From: Obrimoposthia wandeli
Taxonomy: Eukaryota
Direction of reading: 5' to 3'
DNA length: 64,000 nucleotides
Assembly: GCA_977020255.1 (NCBI GenBank)
Contig: CDROCS010003321.1
Location: forward strand, 1 to 64,000
The notes beneath the pieces are model-generated. The model did not search any database. It had not been told where the DNA came from and worked only from the letters and a program-made list of their open reading frames with translations. Shown in pieces: positions 10,314 through 21,589 of this stretch (its first letter is position 1; every line of letters begins with the position of its first letter). The position numbers and the translations under genes were made by a program.

Positions 10314-11797
10314 ACTGGTTCTTTAGGCAAAGCGAGTAAACATACAACTGGACTAGATGTAGGGTTGATCAACTTACTTGCTTTTTTTATGCCTGCACTT
10401 GAGGCTGTGATTAAACATGACTGTTCTGCTTGCAAAATTATATCATCGATCTGTATTTGGTTAGTCACACAGCTCAACAAAGCGTAGCGTTTAAATGGGT
10501 AGATTAGCTCACTAGCACCCGCTTGTAGGTGATACCTTAGTACTTCAAATTCAGGGTAATCTACAATTTTATCTATTTTTACTAACCCATTCTCAGTAAT
10601 TACCTCGAAATCAGGATTATCTTGATAATCAAAGTTTACGAGACCCAAAGCCTCTTCGGTATCCCAATGGTTTTGCGTTAATACTTTTTGCCAAAAGCAG
10701 ATGATCTTTCTTTCATATACTGGGGTTTGAAACTCGATAGTGCGAATGCCGTGCATCAATGAGTGAGGGGTATTAAAGGGTATTTTTATTACATCACCTA
10801 CCGCAACATTTTTGCAGCCTATATATGTCTCAATTTCTGCTCTTTGCAGCTTCTCGGTCGCGATTAACTCACTCGGTAATAATGCTAGCCACTGCTTCAT
10901 TAGCGCTAAACTCACGGCTTGGTTTACCGGTATTTGTTGTAATTGCTTTAGCTTATCTATTTGCTGGTCAATTTTATCTCTGGTTTCTTGGTAATGTCTT
11001 ACTATTGCTTCAAATGCTTGCTTGAAAAGATCCACCGTATCAAAGGTTGCTATTTTGTTTTTATCAAATCCAAAACGCATTCTCCCTATACCATCAGGCC
11101 AAGCTGTTTTATCTATAGCCGTTACTATATAAACCTCTTGTTTTTGTTGATGCATTTCAAAATAAAGATCGCCAAATACTTCATCTGCTATGGGATCCAA
11201 TACCTTTAACAGTATAGGACTGTGATTAAAAGCTAGCTTAAAGTGATTGGGTAATAAGTCTAACAGCCAGGGCAGGGCAACGGCTAAATCTGTGTTGTTA
11301 GGGTCTGCAAATAAAGATTGTCCACGTGCCTCAATCCCTGTAAACCATATTTCCTGGCCCCAAGGTTTCTCTATATAGGTAGGTTGTAAGAAAAGTGCCT
11401 TATTAATATTTAGAAGAGGGCTTTTGTTAACGGCCAACCAATCAATAAGCTCAACTCTTGGCTGTGTATCATAACAAGTACTCACTCGCTTGGTTTTTTG
11501 AAAACCCAATACTGAGCTAAGTTGTTTTAGCTCAGCTAAATACTGTTGGGAGCTTTCAAACACTGAGCAAAACGTATCGATATATTCACTGTTCACATCA
11601 CCACGTTTGTGGCAGCTAAAGACAGCACACAGCTGTAGCAAGTGAGATTCTTTTTGGCAGGGCAGATAATATGTTTTGTACTCAAACAAAACCGCAAACG
11701 TTATAAAAGAATGAGTGGATTGGCTCAATTGCGTAAGTTGTTGCTGATAAATATCTTCACTGCTTTGTTTAATGCAGGCTTTATAAATGGGTAACAT
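10310..11797 (-). CDS. Hypothetical protein with a type I phosphomannose-isomerase-like cupin domain
   Basis: EKPWGQEIW, LLKVLD...LYFEMH..KQE and PHSLMHG..EFQ parallel PMI type I motifs. Confidence 0.6.
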   Translation of the reverse strand: MLPIYKACIKQSSEDIYQQQLTQLSQSTHSFITFAVLFEYKTYYLPCQKESHLLQLCAVFSCHKRGDVNSEYIDTFCSVFESSQQYLAELKQLSSVLGFQKTKRVSTCYDTQPRVELIDWLAVNKSPLLNINKALFLQPTYIEKPWGQEIWFTGIEARGQSLFADPNNTDLAVALPWLLDLLPNHFKLAFNHSPILLKVLDPIADEVFGDLYFEMHQQKQEVYIVTAIDKTAWPDGIGRMRFGFDKNKIATFDTVDLFKQAFEAIVRHYQETRDKIDQQIDKLKQLQQIPVNQAVSLALMKQWLALLPSELIATEKLQRAEIETYIGCKNVAVGDVIKIPFNTPHSLMHGIRTIEFQTPVYERKIICFWQKVLTQNHWDTEEALGLVNFDYQDNPDFEVITENGLVKIDKIVDYPEFEVLRYHLQAGASELIYPFKRYALLSCVTNQIQIDDIILQAEQSCLITASSAGIKKASKLINPTSSPVVCLLALPKEPV

Positions 11798-12100
11798 TAA
11801 TGATACGTACCTTCAGTTCTCAATCATTACTGTGCGGTTAAGCAATGTAAGCCCTTTAACTGATTTGGTTTCTAGTTCTCTGTTATAGCTAAAAGGTGAC
11901 TTTGCAACAAAATGGCCTTTGCCTACAACGTAAAATCAATCAGTTATATTAACAATAAAACTAAAGCAACAGCAAATATTCTAAATAGGGAATAGAGGAC
12001 TTTTTAAAAGTAAAGTCTAATTAAAGCATCAAAAGTATTGTTCTCTGTCTTCATCCATCTAATTATAAATCAGAACAAAGTAGTAAGCCCCTGCTAGCCT

Positions 12101-12207
12101 GACTTCACTTTTAGCGGGGCATTTTTAATGACTTTTTGTGCTAATAAATTCACGCCTCAAGGAGGCTAGAATTGTCCCTTGATTAAATTGGCCTGAATTT
12201 ATCTTCT
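12101..12207 (+). repeat. Dispersed intergenic repeat, copy 1 (degenerate)
   Basis: GACTTCAC...GACTTTTTGTGCTAATAA...CACGCCT...CCCTTGAT shared with the copy at 22222. Confidence 0.7.
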
Positions 12208-12352
12208 TATTAAATGCTAGTGATACTGTATCTCCATGTCTATTGGGCAAAATTTAATTGGCAACAATAAAACGAGAAATGTTTGTATCTGCTATTGCTT
12301 CTAACGATAGTAACCATCTGGCGTTAACATCAATTTATTAGACGACTTGCCA

Positions 12353-12394
12353 TTGATCTGTATCAAGTCGTCCCTGTAGCAGTACTCATATAAT
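12353..12394 (+). promoter_or_regulatory. FNR/DNR box and -10 element (class II anaerobic promoter) for nosR
   Basis: TTGAT-CTGT-ATCAA at 12353-12366 is the perfect consensus; TATAAT at 12389-12394 places the box near -41.5. Confidence 0.85.
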
Positions 12395-12597
12395 AGTTTA
12401 TCAAATAGTTGGTAGGCTATTAAGGCGTAAGAGATGATGACTGTAAGTGGGAACTGAAGAACTTATTTACTTTAGCTTTTTTCACTGGTTTTGTTTTGTC
12501 CAAGCTTCCAGTTATGTTTACTGCATCCAATTAGCAGCAGCTAGACACCATACAACAATCAATAGCTAACATCAGCAAAATATCTAAAAAAGAGCCT

Positions 12598-14589
12598 TTG
12601 CTTGAAGACAAGGTATTTGTTCGCTCTGTTTATGTTGAAGATAAAATTGTTGCATACGCATTTAATACCAATGATGTCATTAATATCCCTGCCTACTCAG
12701 GCAAGCCAATTAATACGTTAATTGTGATGGACTTGAGCGGCAAAATTATTACCACACGTGTTTTAGAACATCATGAGCCGATTTTATTAGTGGGTATCCC
12801 TGAACAAAAACTCTTTGATTTTACAGATAAGTATAAAGGGTTGATGGTGACAGACACTGTGGGAGTGGGTGCTGGTAACAAAAAGGATGTTATCAATATT
12901 GATATCATATCAGGGGCTACTGTTACTGTTATGGTTGTTAATGAAGCAATCATGCGCTCTGCTAAAAAAGTGGCATCAATACTAGAAATAGCGGGATTAA
13001 GGGTCGGACAAAAAATAGCGGCTGCAGATATTAAACAACAAGCTATTGTTAAAAAAGACTGGAACACACTTACGGGTGATGGTTCTGTAAGAAGACTGTT
13101 ACTTGATAATCAAGCAATAGACGATGCCTTTGTTGGCACGTTAGCACAGACAAAAAAAGCTGCAGCTGCAGCGGATAATGCCAAAGAAAGTTTTATTGAC
13201 CTATACTTTGCACCACTGAGCATTCCCAACATAGGCTCCAACATATTAGGCGAAAAACAGTTCAACTGGCTAATGTCTGAAGTGGGTAGTAATGATTTAG
13301 CAATCGCTGTAATGGCTAACGGCGAATATTCGTTTAAAGGTAATGGTTACGTCAGAGGCGGAATTTTTGACCGTACTCAAGTGCAACAATTTGGCAAAAC
13401 CATAAGCTTTAGAGACAGTGATTATTATCGTCTTGATGATGTTTACATCGAAGGCTTTCCTGGATTTCAAGAAATGGCGGTCTTTATTATTCGTGACGTA
13501 TACGAATTTGATATAGGCAGCCCATGGCAGCTCGAGCTATTAGTTAGACGCCAAGTAGGCGCTTTAGACAGTGTCTTTACTAGCTTCAACGCACAATACA
13601 ACACACCAGAGCAGTATCTAGTTAGACCTGAACCCGTCATTGAGCCTGAACCACAACCGCTTTGGGTGAGTGTTTGGCAGCAGCGTCAATTTCAAATAAT
13701 TGTATTAAGTGTTGCCCTGACCTTACTGTTTATCATCATTTTCATACAAGATATGTTAGTCAAAAAGCCAAAATTAATGCATGGGCTTCGCCAAGCATAT
13801 TTAGTCTTTACTGTGGTCTTTATTGGCTGGTATTCACTCGGTCAGCTATCTGTTGTCAATGTATTTACTTTTATGCATGCGTTTCAAAGCGACTTCAATT
13901 GGAGCTTGTTCTTACTAGATCCTATCTTATTTATCCTCTGGGGATTTGTCGCTATGACAATGCTACTTTGGGGCAGAGGTATCTTCTGTGGATGGTTATG
14001 TCCTTTTGGCGCACTACAAGAGTTAATTAATGAAGCAGCACGTCGCCTAAAAATAAAGCAATATGAAATACCTTTTGCGATTCACGAAAGGTTGTGGGCT
14101 TTAAAATATGTCATTTTGCTGGCGCTATTTGCAGTGTCTCTAGAGTCACTTTCACAAGCGGAGCGCCTTGCAGAAATAGAGCCTTTTAAAACCACTTTCT
14201 TATTAAAGTTCCAGCGTGAATGGGGTTATATCTTTTATGTGGTGGTACTGCTTGTCATCAATATATTCACACGCAAGGTTTACTGCCGTTACGTTTGCCC
14301 ATTAGGAGCCGCACTGGCTATTCCTGCAAGATTACGATTATTTGATTGGTTAAAGAGACGTAAAGAATGTGGCCAACCGTGTCGTATTTGTGCCAAAGAA
14401 TGTGAAATTCAAGCTATTCATCCTGACGGACATATAAATGCTAACGAATGTCATCAATGCTTAGATTGCCAAGTAACGTACTACCAAGATACTAAGTGTC
14501 CACCGCTAGTAAAAAAACGTCGCAAAAAAGAAAAACTGGATGCAGCTGTAGTAAAGATGCAAGCAATACAAGCAACTGAAATCAAATAA
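12598..14589 (+). CDS. nosR: NosR flavoprotein/regulator; 5' end apparently interrupted (true start ~12434)
   Basis: FMN-binding IISGATVT, RGIFCGWLCPFG, YCRYVCP and C-terminal 4Fe-4S Cys clusters; lies upstream of nosZ. Confidence 0.92.
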   Translation: MLEDKVFVRSVYVEDKIVAYAFNTNDVINIPAYSGKPINTLIVMDLSGKIITTRVLEHHEPILLVGIPEQKLFDFTDKYKGLMVTDTVGVGAGNKKDVINIDIISGATVTVMVVNEAIMRSAKKVASILEIAGLRVGQKIAAADIKQQAIVKKDWNTLTGDGSVRRLLLDNQAIDDAFVGTLAQTKKAAAAADNAKESFIDLYFAPLSIPNIGSNILGEKQFNWLMSEVGSNDLAIAVMANGEYSFKGNGYVRGGIFDRTQVQQFGKTISFRDSDYYRLDDVYIEGFPGFQEMAVFIIRDVYEFDIGSPWQLELLVRRQVGALDSVFTSFNAQYNTPEQYLVRPEPVIEPEPQPLWVSVWQQRQFQIIVLSVALTLLFIIIFIQDMLVKKPKLMHGLRQAYLVFTVVFIGWYSLGQLSVVNVFTFMHAFQSDFNWSLFLLDPILFILWGFVAMTMLLWGRGIFCGWLCPFGALQELINEAARRLKIKQYEIPFAIHERLWALKYVILLALFAVSLESLSQAERLAEIEPFKTTFLLKFQREWGYIFYVVVLLVINIFTRKVYCRYVCPLGAALAIPARLRLFDWLKRRKECGQPCRICAKECEIQAIHPDGHINANECHQCLDCQVTYYQDTKCPPLVKKRRKKEKLDAAVVKMQAIQATEIK

Positions 14590-14620
14590 TAATCCTCTGG
14601 GCAGCTCTCTCGCGTAGAGA

Positions 14621-14734
14621 GACTTCACTGCGTGAAACGGTGTATTTAAGGAGTTTAAACTTAAATACTTTTCGCTCCAAAGGATAAAGGGAGTTAAACA
14701 CTTGATGAATGAGACTACGCCTGATTCATCTCTA
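14621..14734 (+). repeat. Dispersed intergenic repeat, copy 2
   Basis: GACTTCACTGCGTGAAACGG...CTTGATGAATGAGACTACGCCTGATTCATCTCTA. Confidence 0.8.
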
Positions 14735-14918
14735 TATAAAGGGTATGTCTATTTTAGAGATACCTACAAAGTAGTTCCCTGCAAATTTGTAGGGTTGTGA
14801 TTTTATAAAATCGCTAAGTGTAGCGATGCTAAAGAAAGCGCTTATAAGTAATAAAACTTGGCTTTAAATTAAAACTAAGCTTTATGCAAAATTAAGTGTG
14901 TGATCACTGGAGATCAAA

Positions 14919-16832
14919 ATGATTAATCCTAAAGACAAGAACTTACCAAATATTAATGTTGAAGATCCACAGGCAAGCGAGCATGTAAAAGTTAGCCGCC
15001 GCTTATTTTTAGGCGGCTCTGCTGCACTTATGGGTGCTGCGGGCGCTATCGGCGCAGGCATGGGCACCAGCATGGTACCAAGCACTGCACATGCTTCTGG
15101 TAAAAGTAAGCACACTGTAGGACCTGGTGAACTAGATGAGTATTATGGATTCTGGAGTGGCGGACACTCAGGTGAAGTACGTATATTAGGTATTCCTTCT
15201 ATGCGTGAATTAATGCGTATTCCTGTATTTAACGTTGACAGTGCAACAGGCTGGGGTATTTCTAACGAAAGTAAAGAAGTCTTAGGCGAAAACGCACCAT
15301 TAAACGGTGACTGCCATCACCCACACATGTCGATGACTGATGGTAAGTATGACGGTAAATATCTATTTATAAATGATAAAGCCAATTCGAGAGTTGCTCG
15401 TATTCGCTGTGACATCATGAAAACCGATAAAATCACCACGGTACCAAACGTACAAGCAATTCATGGTTTAAGAGTACAAAAAGTACCTTATACTAAATAT
15501 GTTTTCGCTAATGCTGAGTTTCGTATCCCGCATCCAAATAACGGCTTAAACATGGATGCAGCTAAAGACTATTACACTATGTTCAATGCAATAGATGCTG
15601 AAAGCATGGATGTGTCTTGGCAGGTAATTGTAGATGGTAACCTGGATAATACTGATGCTGATTACAGCGGTAAGTATGCATTCTCAACCTGTTACAACTC
15701 AGAAGGTGCGTTTGATTTAGAAGGCACAATGCGTAACGAGCGTGATCATCTAGTTATCTTTAATATAGAAAGAATCGAAGCCGCTGTTAAAGCCGGTAAA
15801 TTTATTACATTACCTGGTTCTGATGTGCCTGTTATTGATGGGCGTAAAGGATCTGATTTTACTCGCTACGTACCAGTACCTAAAAACCCGCATGGTATTA
15901 ATACAGCACCAGGTGGTAAGTACGCAATTGCCAACGGTAAGCTATCACCAACGGTTACCGTATTTGAGTTAAATAAATTCGATGCACTTTTCGAAGATAA
16001 AATTAAGCCACGTGACACAGTAGTCGCAGAGGTTGAGCTTGGATTAGGTCCTTTACATACTGCCTTTGATAATCGCGGCAACGGCTATACTACTTTGTTC
16101 ATCGATAGCCAGATTTGTAAATGGAATATCGAAAAAGCGATTCAAGCGTATGCAGGTAAAGATGTAAATTACATAGAACAAAAGTTAGATGTACACTATC
16201 AGCCAGGCCATAACCATACAACGATGGGTGAGACCCGTGATGCAGACGGTAAGTATTTAATATCTTTACAGAAATTTTCTAAAGATAGATTCTTACAGTG
16301 TGGTCCATTACACCCAGAAAACGATCAGCTAATTGATATTTCTGGCGACAAAATGGAGCTAATCCACGATGGCCCAACCTATGCAGAGCCACATGACTGT
16401 ATTATGGTTCACCGCTCGCTAGTCAAAACACGTAAAATTTATGATCGTAAAGATCCGACCTTTGCTACCACTATTGCCATGGCTAAAAAAGACGGCGTAG
16501 ATGTTTACAGCCAAAGCAAAGTTATCCGCGAAGGTAATAAAGTTCGCGTTTATATGATGTCTATTGCACCTGTTTATGGAATCACTGAGTTTAAAGTTAA
16601 ACAAGGTGATGAAGTCACAGTGATAGTGACAAACTTGGATCAAATCGAAGATGTTACCCATGGTTTTTGTATGGTAAACCACGGTGTACAAATGGAAATA
16701 AGCCCACAGCAAACTGCTTCAGTTACTTTCACTGCCGATAAACTTGGCGTGCAATGGTATTACTGTAACTGGTTCTGCCACGCACTTCATATGGAAATGC
16801 GCGGTCGTATGCTAGTTGAACCTAAAGCGTAA
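14919..16832 (+). CDS. nosZ: Nitrous oxide reductase, clade I (Tat signal)
   Basis: SRRLFL twin-Arg leader; CuZ His motifs DCHHPH, AIHG, NPHG, GPLHT, QPGH, EPHD; CuA motif [12 protein letters not shown]. Confidence 0.98.
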   Translation: MINPKDKNLPNINVEDPQASEHVKVSRRLFLGGSAALMGAAGAIGAGMGTSMVPSTAHASGKSKHTVGPGELDEYYGFWSGGHSGEVRILGIPSMRELMRIPVFNVDSATGWGISNESKEVLGENAPLNGDCHHPHMSMTDGKYDGKYLFINDKANSRVARIRCDIMKTDKITTVPNVQAIHGLRVQKVPYTKYVFANAEFRIPHPNNGLNMDAAKDYYTMFNAIDAESMDVSWQVIVDGNLDNTDADYSGKYAFSTCYNSEGAFDLEGTMRNERDHLVIFNIERIEAAVKAGKFITLPGSDVPVIDGRKGSDFTRYVPVPKNPHGINTAPGGKYAIANGKLSPTVTVFELNKFDALFEDKIKPRDTVVAEVELGLGPLHTAFDNRGNGYTTLFIDSQICKWNIEKAIQAYAGKDVNYIEQKLDVHYQPGHNHTTMGETRDADGKYLISLQKFSKDRFLQCGPLHPENDQLIDISGDKMELIHDGPTYAEPHDCIMVHRSLVKTRKIYDRKDPTFATTIAMAKKDGVDVYSQSKVIREGNKVRVYMMSIAPVYGITEFKVKQGDEVTVIVTNLDQIEDVTHGFCMVNHGVQMEISPQQTASVTFTADKLGVQWYYCNWFCHALHMEMRGRMLVEPKA

Positions 16833-16908
16833 TTGCTTAAAAAATTATTGTCACTGGCTCTCTACTACATAGAGTCGGTGACGATGATTTTACACTTTTG
16901 AAGCGTAA

Positions 16909-18315
16909 TTGCAGAAGGTTCAAATGACCTTTAAATTGTTCCAATCAAATTTTTATACATTTGCAGTGCTGTGCTCGTTAACGAGTTTCAGTTTAGCAAG
17001 TGTTGCCAGCACTCACATAGCCAATCCTACAGACGATTTACAACGCATTTTAGATAATACAAAGTCAGGTGACAAAGTTGTATTACAAAGCGGTGTTTAT
17101 CAAGGTAATTATATCCTGAACAGCGCTATAGAGCTCTCAAGTACACAAGGCGCTATTATCGATGCAGCAGGTAAGGGCCATGCGTTAATCGTCAACAAAC
17201 CTAACAGTAATATTAATAATTTAGTGGTACGTAACTGGGGTGAAGATTTAACCACCATGGACGCTGCTATTTTTGTCGCTAAAGCTGCCAGCAATACTGT
17301 GATTAATAACAATACGCTAAAGGGCGGCGGGTTTGGTATTTGGCTAGATGCAACACCCAACGCACAAGTGACCAATAACAAGATTATTGGAAATAAAGAA
17401 CTCAGATCCACAGACAGAGGTAATGGCATTCATTTGTATTTTGTACGTAATGCCGTGATAAAAAACAATGTTATATCATCAACTCGAGATGGCATATACA
17501 TTGAATCCAGCAACGAAAGCCAGTTAGTAAACAACAAGATAAGTAATCTTCGTTATGGAATACATTACATGTACTCTTATAACAATACACTGGCTGGAAA
17601 TATTACAACTAATACGCGTACCGGCTATGCACTGATGCAATCTAAGTATTTAACGGTTGAAAACAACCAGTCTATCAATGATGCCAACTACGGTATGTTA
17701 TTAAATTATATTACGCATTCAACTTTAAAAAATAACACGATTACAGCGGTTCAAAATAACCGAAACCCACATATGCGCAAAGGGTCAAGCAAGGGGCTAG
17801 AGGGTAAAGCGCTGTTTATTTATAACTCTCTTTACAATGAATTCAGTAATAATCGTTTTTCAGATAGTGATATCGGTATTCACCTAACCGCAGGCTCTGA
17901 ACAAAACAAGCTCTTTAACAATGCGTTTATACGTAACAAAACCCAAATAAAGTACGTGTCTACAAGAACCCAAGACTGGGCGGGCAACTACTGGAGTGAT
18001 TACTTAGGCTGGGATTTAAATAGCGACGGCTTAGGTGATACCGTTTATGAGCCCAATGATAACGTTGATAAACTTTTATGGAAGTTCCCCAGTGCCAAGC
18101 TGCTCTTTAATAGCCCTGCAATACAGACGCTGCGCTGGGTACAGCGCCAATTCCCAGTGTTAAAATCTAAGGGAGTCACTGATAGCAAGCCGTTAATGAA
18201 GCAACCTGTTTTAGACACTAATATTGATTTGGGCGCTACAATTAAATCTAACCAAACCACAGATACAGCTAACCAAGCAGTGCAGTTAAGTTCAACGATG
18301 GAGAATAATGAATGA
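16909..18315 (+). CDS. nosD: NosD copper-binding periplasmic protein
   Basis: Beta-helix repeats, RYGIHYMYS and GNYWSDYLGWD. Confidence 0.95.
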   Translation: MQKVQMTFKLFQSNFYTFAVLCSLTSFSLASVASTHIANPTDDLQRILDNTKSGDKVVLQSGVYQGNYILNSAIELSSTQGAIIDAAGKGHALIVNKPNSNINNLVVRNWGEDLTTMDAAIFVAKAASNTVINNNTLKGGGFGIWLDATPNAQVTNNKIIGNKELRSTDRGNGIHLYFVRNAVIKNNVISSTRDGIYIESSNESQLVNNKISNLRYGIHYMYSYNNTLAGNITTNTRTGYALMQSKYLTVENNQSINDANYGMLLNYITHSTLKNNTITAVQNNRNPHMRKGSSKGLEGKALFIYNSLYNEFSNNRFSDSDIGIHLTAGSEQNKLFNNAFIRNKTQIKYVSTRTQDWAGNYWSDYLGWDLNSDGLGDTVYEPNDNVDKLLWKFPSAKLLFNSPAIQTLRWVQRQFPVLKSKGVTDSKPLMKQPVLDTNIDLGATIKSNQTTDTANQAVQLSSTMENNE

Positions 18316-19226
18316 ATATTGTTGAATTACATCAAGTAACCAAGCAATACCAGCAAGTAAATGCTTTACAAAGCCTAGACTTAAATATTAAACAAGGGGA
18401 GATACTGGGCCTTTTTGGACACAACGGCGCTGGTAAGACCACCATAATTAAACTAATCCTCGGCCTGATAGAAGCAACGAGTGGGGACGTTAAAGTTTTT
18501 GGCGAAAACCCTTGTCATGACAAAGCCCAGATGATCAAAAGGAAGATTGGTTTCTTACAAGAAAATGTTAGTTTTTATGATCAACTCACCGGTTTAGAAG
18601 TTATCAATTACTTTGCTAAATTAAAGGGCGCCGAGAAATCTCGTTCTCTAGAGCTATTAGCACAAGTTGGCTTACAAGATGCCTGCAAACGCAGGGTAAA
18701 AACATATTCAAAAGGTATGCGACAACGTTTAGGTTTAGCACAAGCGTTGCTGGGTCATCCAAAGCTATTATTACTCGATGAGCCCACCGTTGGATTAGAT
18801 CCAATTGCCACCCACGATTTCTATTTAAGTATCGATGCGCTTAAACAACAAGGCTGTACGGTTATCCTTTGCTCTCATGTATTACCCGGCGTCGAAAAAT
18901 ATATCGATAGAGCTTTAATTATGGGTAATGGTAATTTACTTGCCAGTGGAAGTTTAGCAGAGCTCAGAATGCAGGCTAATTTGTCTGCCGTTTTTAAGCT
19001 TCAAGGTGATGCGTTGGACATACCTAATTATATAGATACCGATCAAGTTCAAGTAAATAATAGCGCTGGGCTTTATCAGCTCAATGTAAGCATGGATAAA
19101 AAAATGGATCTAATTAAGCATCTGGCTGCACAAGATAATTTAGTCAATATGGATATCAGCCTGCCTACATTAGAAGATGTGTATACGCATATTATTAAAA
19201 AACAAATGCTTAGCGAGGCTTTTTAA
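18312..19226 (+). CDS. nosF: NosF ABC ATPase
   Basis: GHNGAGKTT, YSKGMRQRLG and LLLDEPT; within the nos operon. Confidence 0.93.
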   Translation: MNIVELHQVTKQYQQVNALQSLDLNIKQGEILGLFGHNGAGKTTIIKLILGLIEATSGDVKVFGENPCHDKAQMIKRKIGFLQENVSFYDQLTGLEVINYFAKLKGAEKSRSLELLAQVGLQDACKRRVKTYSKGMRQRLGLAQALLGHPKLLLLDEPTVGLDPIATHDFYLSIDALKQQGCTVILCSHVLPGVEKYIDRALIMGNGNLLASGSLAELRMQANLSAVFKLQGDALDIPNYIDTDQVQVNNSAGLYQLNVSMDKKMDLIKHLAAQDNLVNMDISLPTLEDVYTHIIKKQMLSEAF

Positions 19227-20053
19227 TGAAAATCATAACAGCGATAGCTGTAAAAGAGTTTCGCGATGGCATTCGCAATCGCTGGATATTATCGATTTGT
19301 ATTATCTTATCAATTTTGGCTATTGGTTTAACTTACTTTGGTGCAGCGGCTGCTGGCAAAGTAGGATTTACCTCTTTGTCTACCACGATTGTAAGTTTAG
19401 CCAGTTTAGCGGTGTTTATTATCCCACTGATAGCACTGATGTTAGCTTATGATGGCATTGTCGGTGAAGATGAAAGTGGTACTTTACTACTGCTCATGAC
19501 TTACCCACTGTCTAGATGGCAGTTAATATTGGGTAAAATGCTAGGTCAAGGGGCTATTTTAGCCGTATCAATTACGATAGGTTTTGGATCTTCTGCTTTG
19601 ATGATTATCTTTTTTTCAGAATCTACCAGTTGGCAAAGCGTTATTTTCCCCTACAGTATCTTTATATTATCAGCTGTCATTTTAGGCTGGATATTTATTG
19701 CAATTGCCTATGTCGTCAGCTGCAGCGTCAGTGAAAAGTCAAAAGCAGCAGGCGTTGCTTTAATCTTGTGGTTCTTATTTGTACTCGTATTTGATTTAGG
19801 TCTGCTTGGCGCACTGGTCACTACTCAAGGGGATGTAAACGAGCATGTCTTTCCCTATTTGTTATTACTTAATCCAACGGATGTATTTAGGTTAATAAAT
19901 ATTAGCTCTTTTGCTGATCAAAACCTCAGTGGATTAATGGCTGTCTCGCAACAAGCTAACTTTAGCTTAGCCAGTTTATTTAGTGCACTAATAGCTTGGT
20001 TGATTATGCCAGTGCTAACGTCAATTTATATATTCAATAAAAGAGGTTTGTAA
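19226..20053 (+). CDS. nosY: NosY ABC permease
   Basis: KEFRDGIRNRW, GEDESGTLLLL and LLNPTDVFR. Confidence 0.93.
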   Translation: MKIITAIAVKEFRDGIRNRWILSICIILSILAIGLTYFGAAAAGKVGFTSLSTTIVSLASLAVFIIPLIALMLAYDGIVGEDESGTLLLLMTYPLSRWQLILGKMLGQGAILAVSITIGFGSSALMIIFFSESTSWQSVIFPYSIFILSAVILGWIFIAIAYVVSCSVSEKSKAAGVALILWFLFVLVFDLGLLGALVTTQGDVNEHVFPYLLLLNPTDVFRLINISSFADQNLSGLMAVSQQANFSLASLFSALIAWLIMPVLTSIYIFNKRGL

Positions 20054-20569
20054 ATGGAAAGGGCAATGAAAGTTTTCGTTATATGCATTTTGCTAGCAGG
20101 TTTAAGTATTTTACAGGGATGCTCTAACGAAAATGAGGTCAGTGTTTCGCAAAAAGTAATCGCGATAGAGAAAAGTGATCAATGCCATTTATGTGGCATG
20201 ACTATCAGTAAGTTCCCAGGCCCTAAAGGCCAGCTTTATTCGAAGGGAATTAGCGATAACATGAAGTTCTGTTCAACCAGGGATATGTTTGCCTTTATTT
20301 TAGATCCTGAAAACCAGCACAATATTCAACAGGCCTACGTACATGATATGACCGTTACGCCCTGGGACAAACCAGAGGAAGATACTTACATTGATGCAAA
20401 GCTTGCTTATTATGTGATAGGCCATTCCAAAAAAGGGGCAATGGGTCCTACTTTAGCAAGTTTCTCAAAAGCTGAAGATGCAAATGAGTTTGCCGCTAGC
20501 GAAGGTGGAAAAGTCTACGATTTTAAACAGATAACATTAGATGTGCTCTTATCAATGACCAATAATTAA
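20054..20569 (+). CDS. nosL: NosL copper chaperone lipoprotein
   Basis: Lipobox LQGC, CHLCGM, GPKGQ and GAMG motifs. Confidence 0.92.
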   Translation: MERAMKVFVICILLAGLSILQGCSNENEVSVSQKVIAIEKSDQCHLCGMTISKFPGPKGQLYSKGISDNMKFCSTRDMFAFILDPENQHNIQQAYVHDMTVTPWDKPEEDTYIDAKLAYYVIGHSKKGAMGPTLASFSKAEDANEFAASEGGKVYDFKQITLDVLLSMTNN

Positions 20570-20630
20570 TCAGCCATTTTGAAATAACATAGCTTTGCAC
20601 GATGTTTGGTTTATCGCTCGTGCGAAGCAT

Positions 20631-21509
20631 TTATAAAAACAAGTCAGGGATTAAAGGCTTGCCAGGTTGTACTGCATATTGCTCAAAATCAGTGATACCT
20701 GCATCTTTAAGCACATCTTCATCAATAAAGAAATTACCCGTACATTGTTTGGCATCTCTCATTAATATTTGTAAGGCACTATCGGCTACTATTTCAACTG
20801 TTCTGCAATTATCTGCTTGTACTAAATCGCCTAACGCTGCTAATGCCGCTGTATAAATGACTGTTTTTGGCCACAGCGCATTGACTGCAATACCTTGCTT
20901 TTTAAACTCCTCAGCCATCCCTAATACACACAAGCTCATTCCATATTTTGCTATGGTATAAGCCGTATGATTTTTAAACCATTTAGGATCCATATTTAGT
21001 GGCGGCGATAAATTTAATACATGAGGATTTTCAGCTTTTAATAAATGGGGCAAGCACGCTTGGGTTACTGCATAGGTGCCTCTAGTATTTACTTGGTGCA
21101 TCAAATCAAAACGCTTCATTGGTGTTTTAAGTGTACCTGTTAAACTAATAGCTGAGGCATTATTAATACAAATATCAATACCGCCAAATGTTTCTACTGC
21201 TTTTGCTACAGCGGCATTTATTTGAAAGTCATCGCGGATATCAACTTGAATCGGTAGTGCTTTCGCACCTAAGTCTTCAATCTCTTGCGCGGCGCTGTAA
21301 ATAGTGCCCGGTAAGCTCGAATGTGCCTTGGCAGATTTAGCAGCAATCACGATATTAGCGCCTTGCATCGCCGCTTTTTTTGCAATGGCTAAACCGATTC
21401 CTCTACTGGCGCCGCTAATAAATAGTGTTTTTTTACTCAGTGTATTCGCTGTCATAAACTCTACCTCGATAAAGATAATATTTTCAAATATAGCGGCATC
21501 GTTTACCAA
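20631..21509 (-). CDS. SDR oxidoreductase (HSDL2-like)
   Basis: SGASRGIG, NNASAI, YTIAK and NALWP. Confidence 0.88.
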   Translation of the reverse strand: MVNDAAIFENIIFIEVEFMTANTLSKKTLFISGASRGIGLAIAKKAAMQGANIVIAAKSAKAHSSLPGTIYSAAQEIEDLGAKALPIQVDIRDDFQINAAVAKAVETFGGIDICINNASAISLTGTLKTPMKRFDLMHQVNTRGTYAVTQACLPHLLKAENPHVLNLSPPLNMDPKWFKNHTAYTIAKYGMSLCVLGMAEEFKKQGIAVNALWPKTVIYTAALAALGDLVQADNCRTVEIVADSALQILMRDAKQCTGNFFIDEDVLKDAGITDFEQYAVQPGKPLIPDLFL

Positions 21510-21589
21510 ATCGTTTTTAAAACTCTTCGCTCAAACCATTCGTTTAAACAATAGGCCGGGTTAGTTTGCATCCATAATCTGGTAACGAC

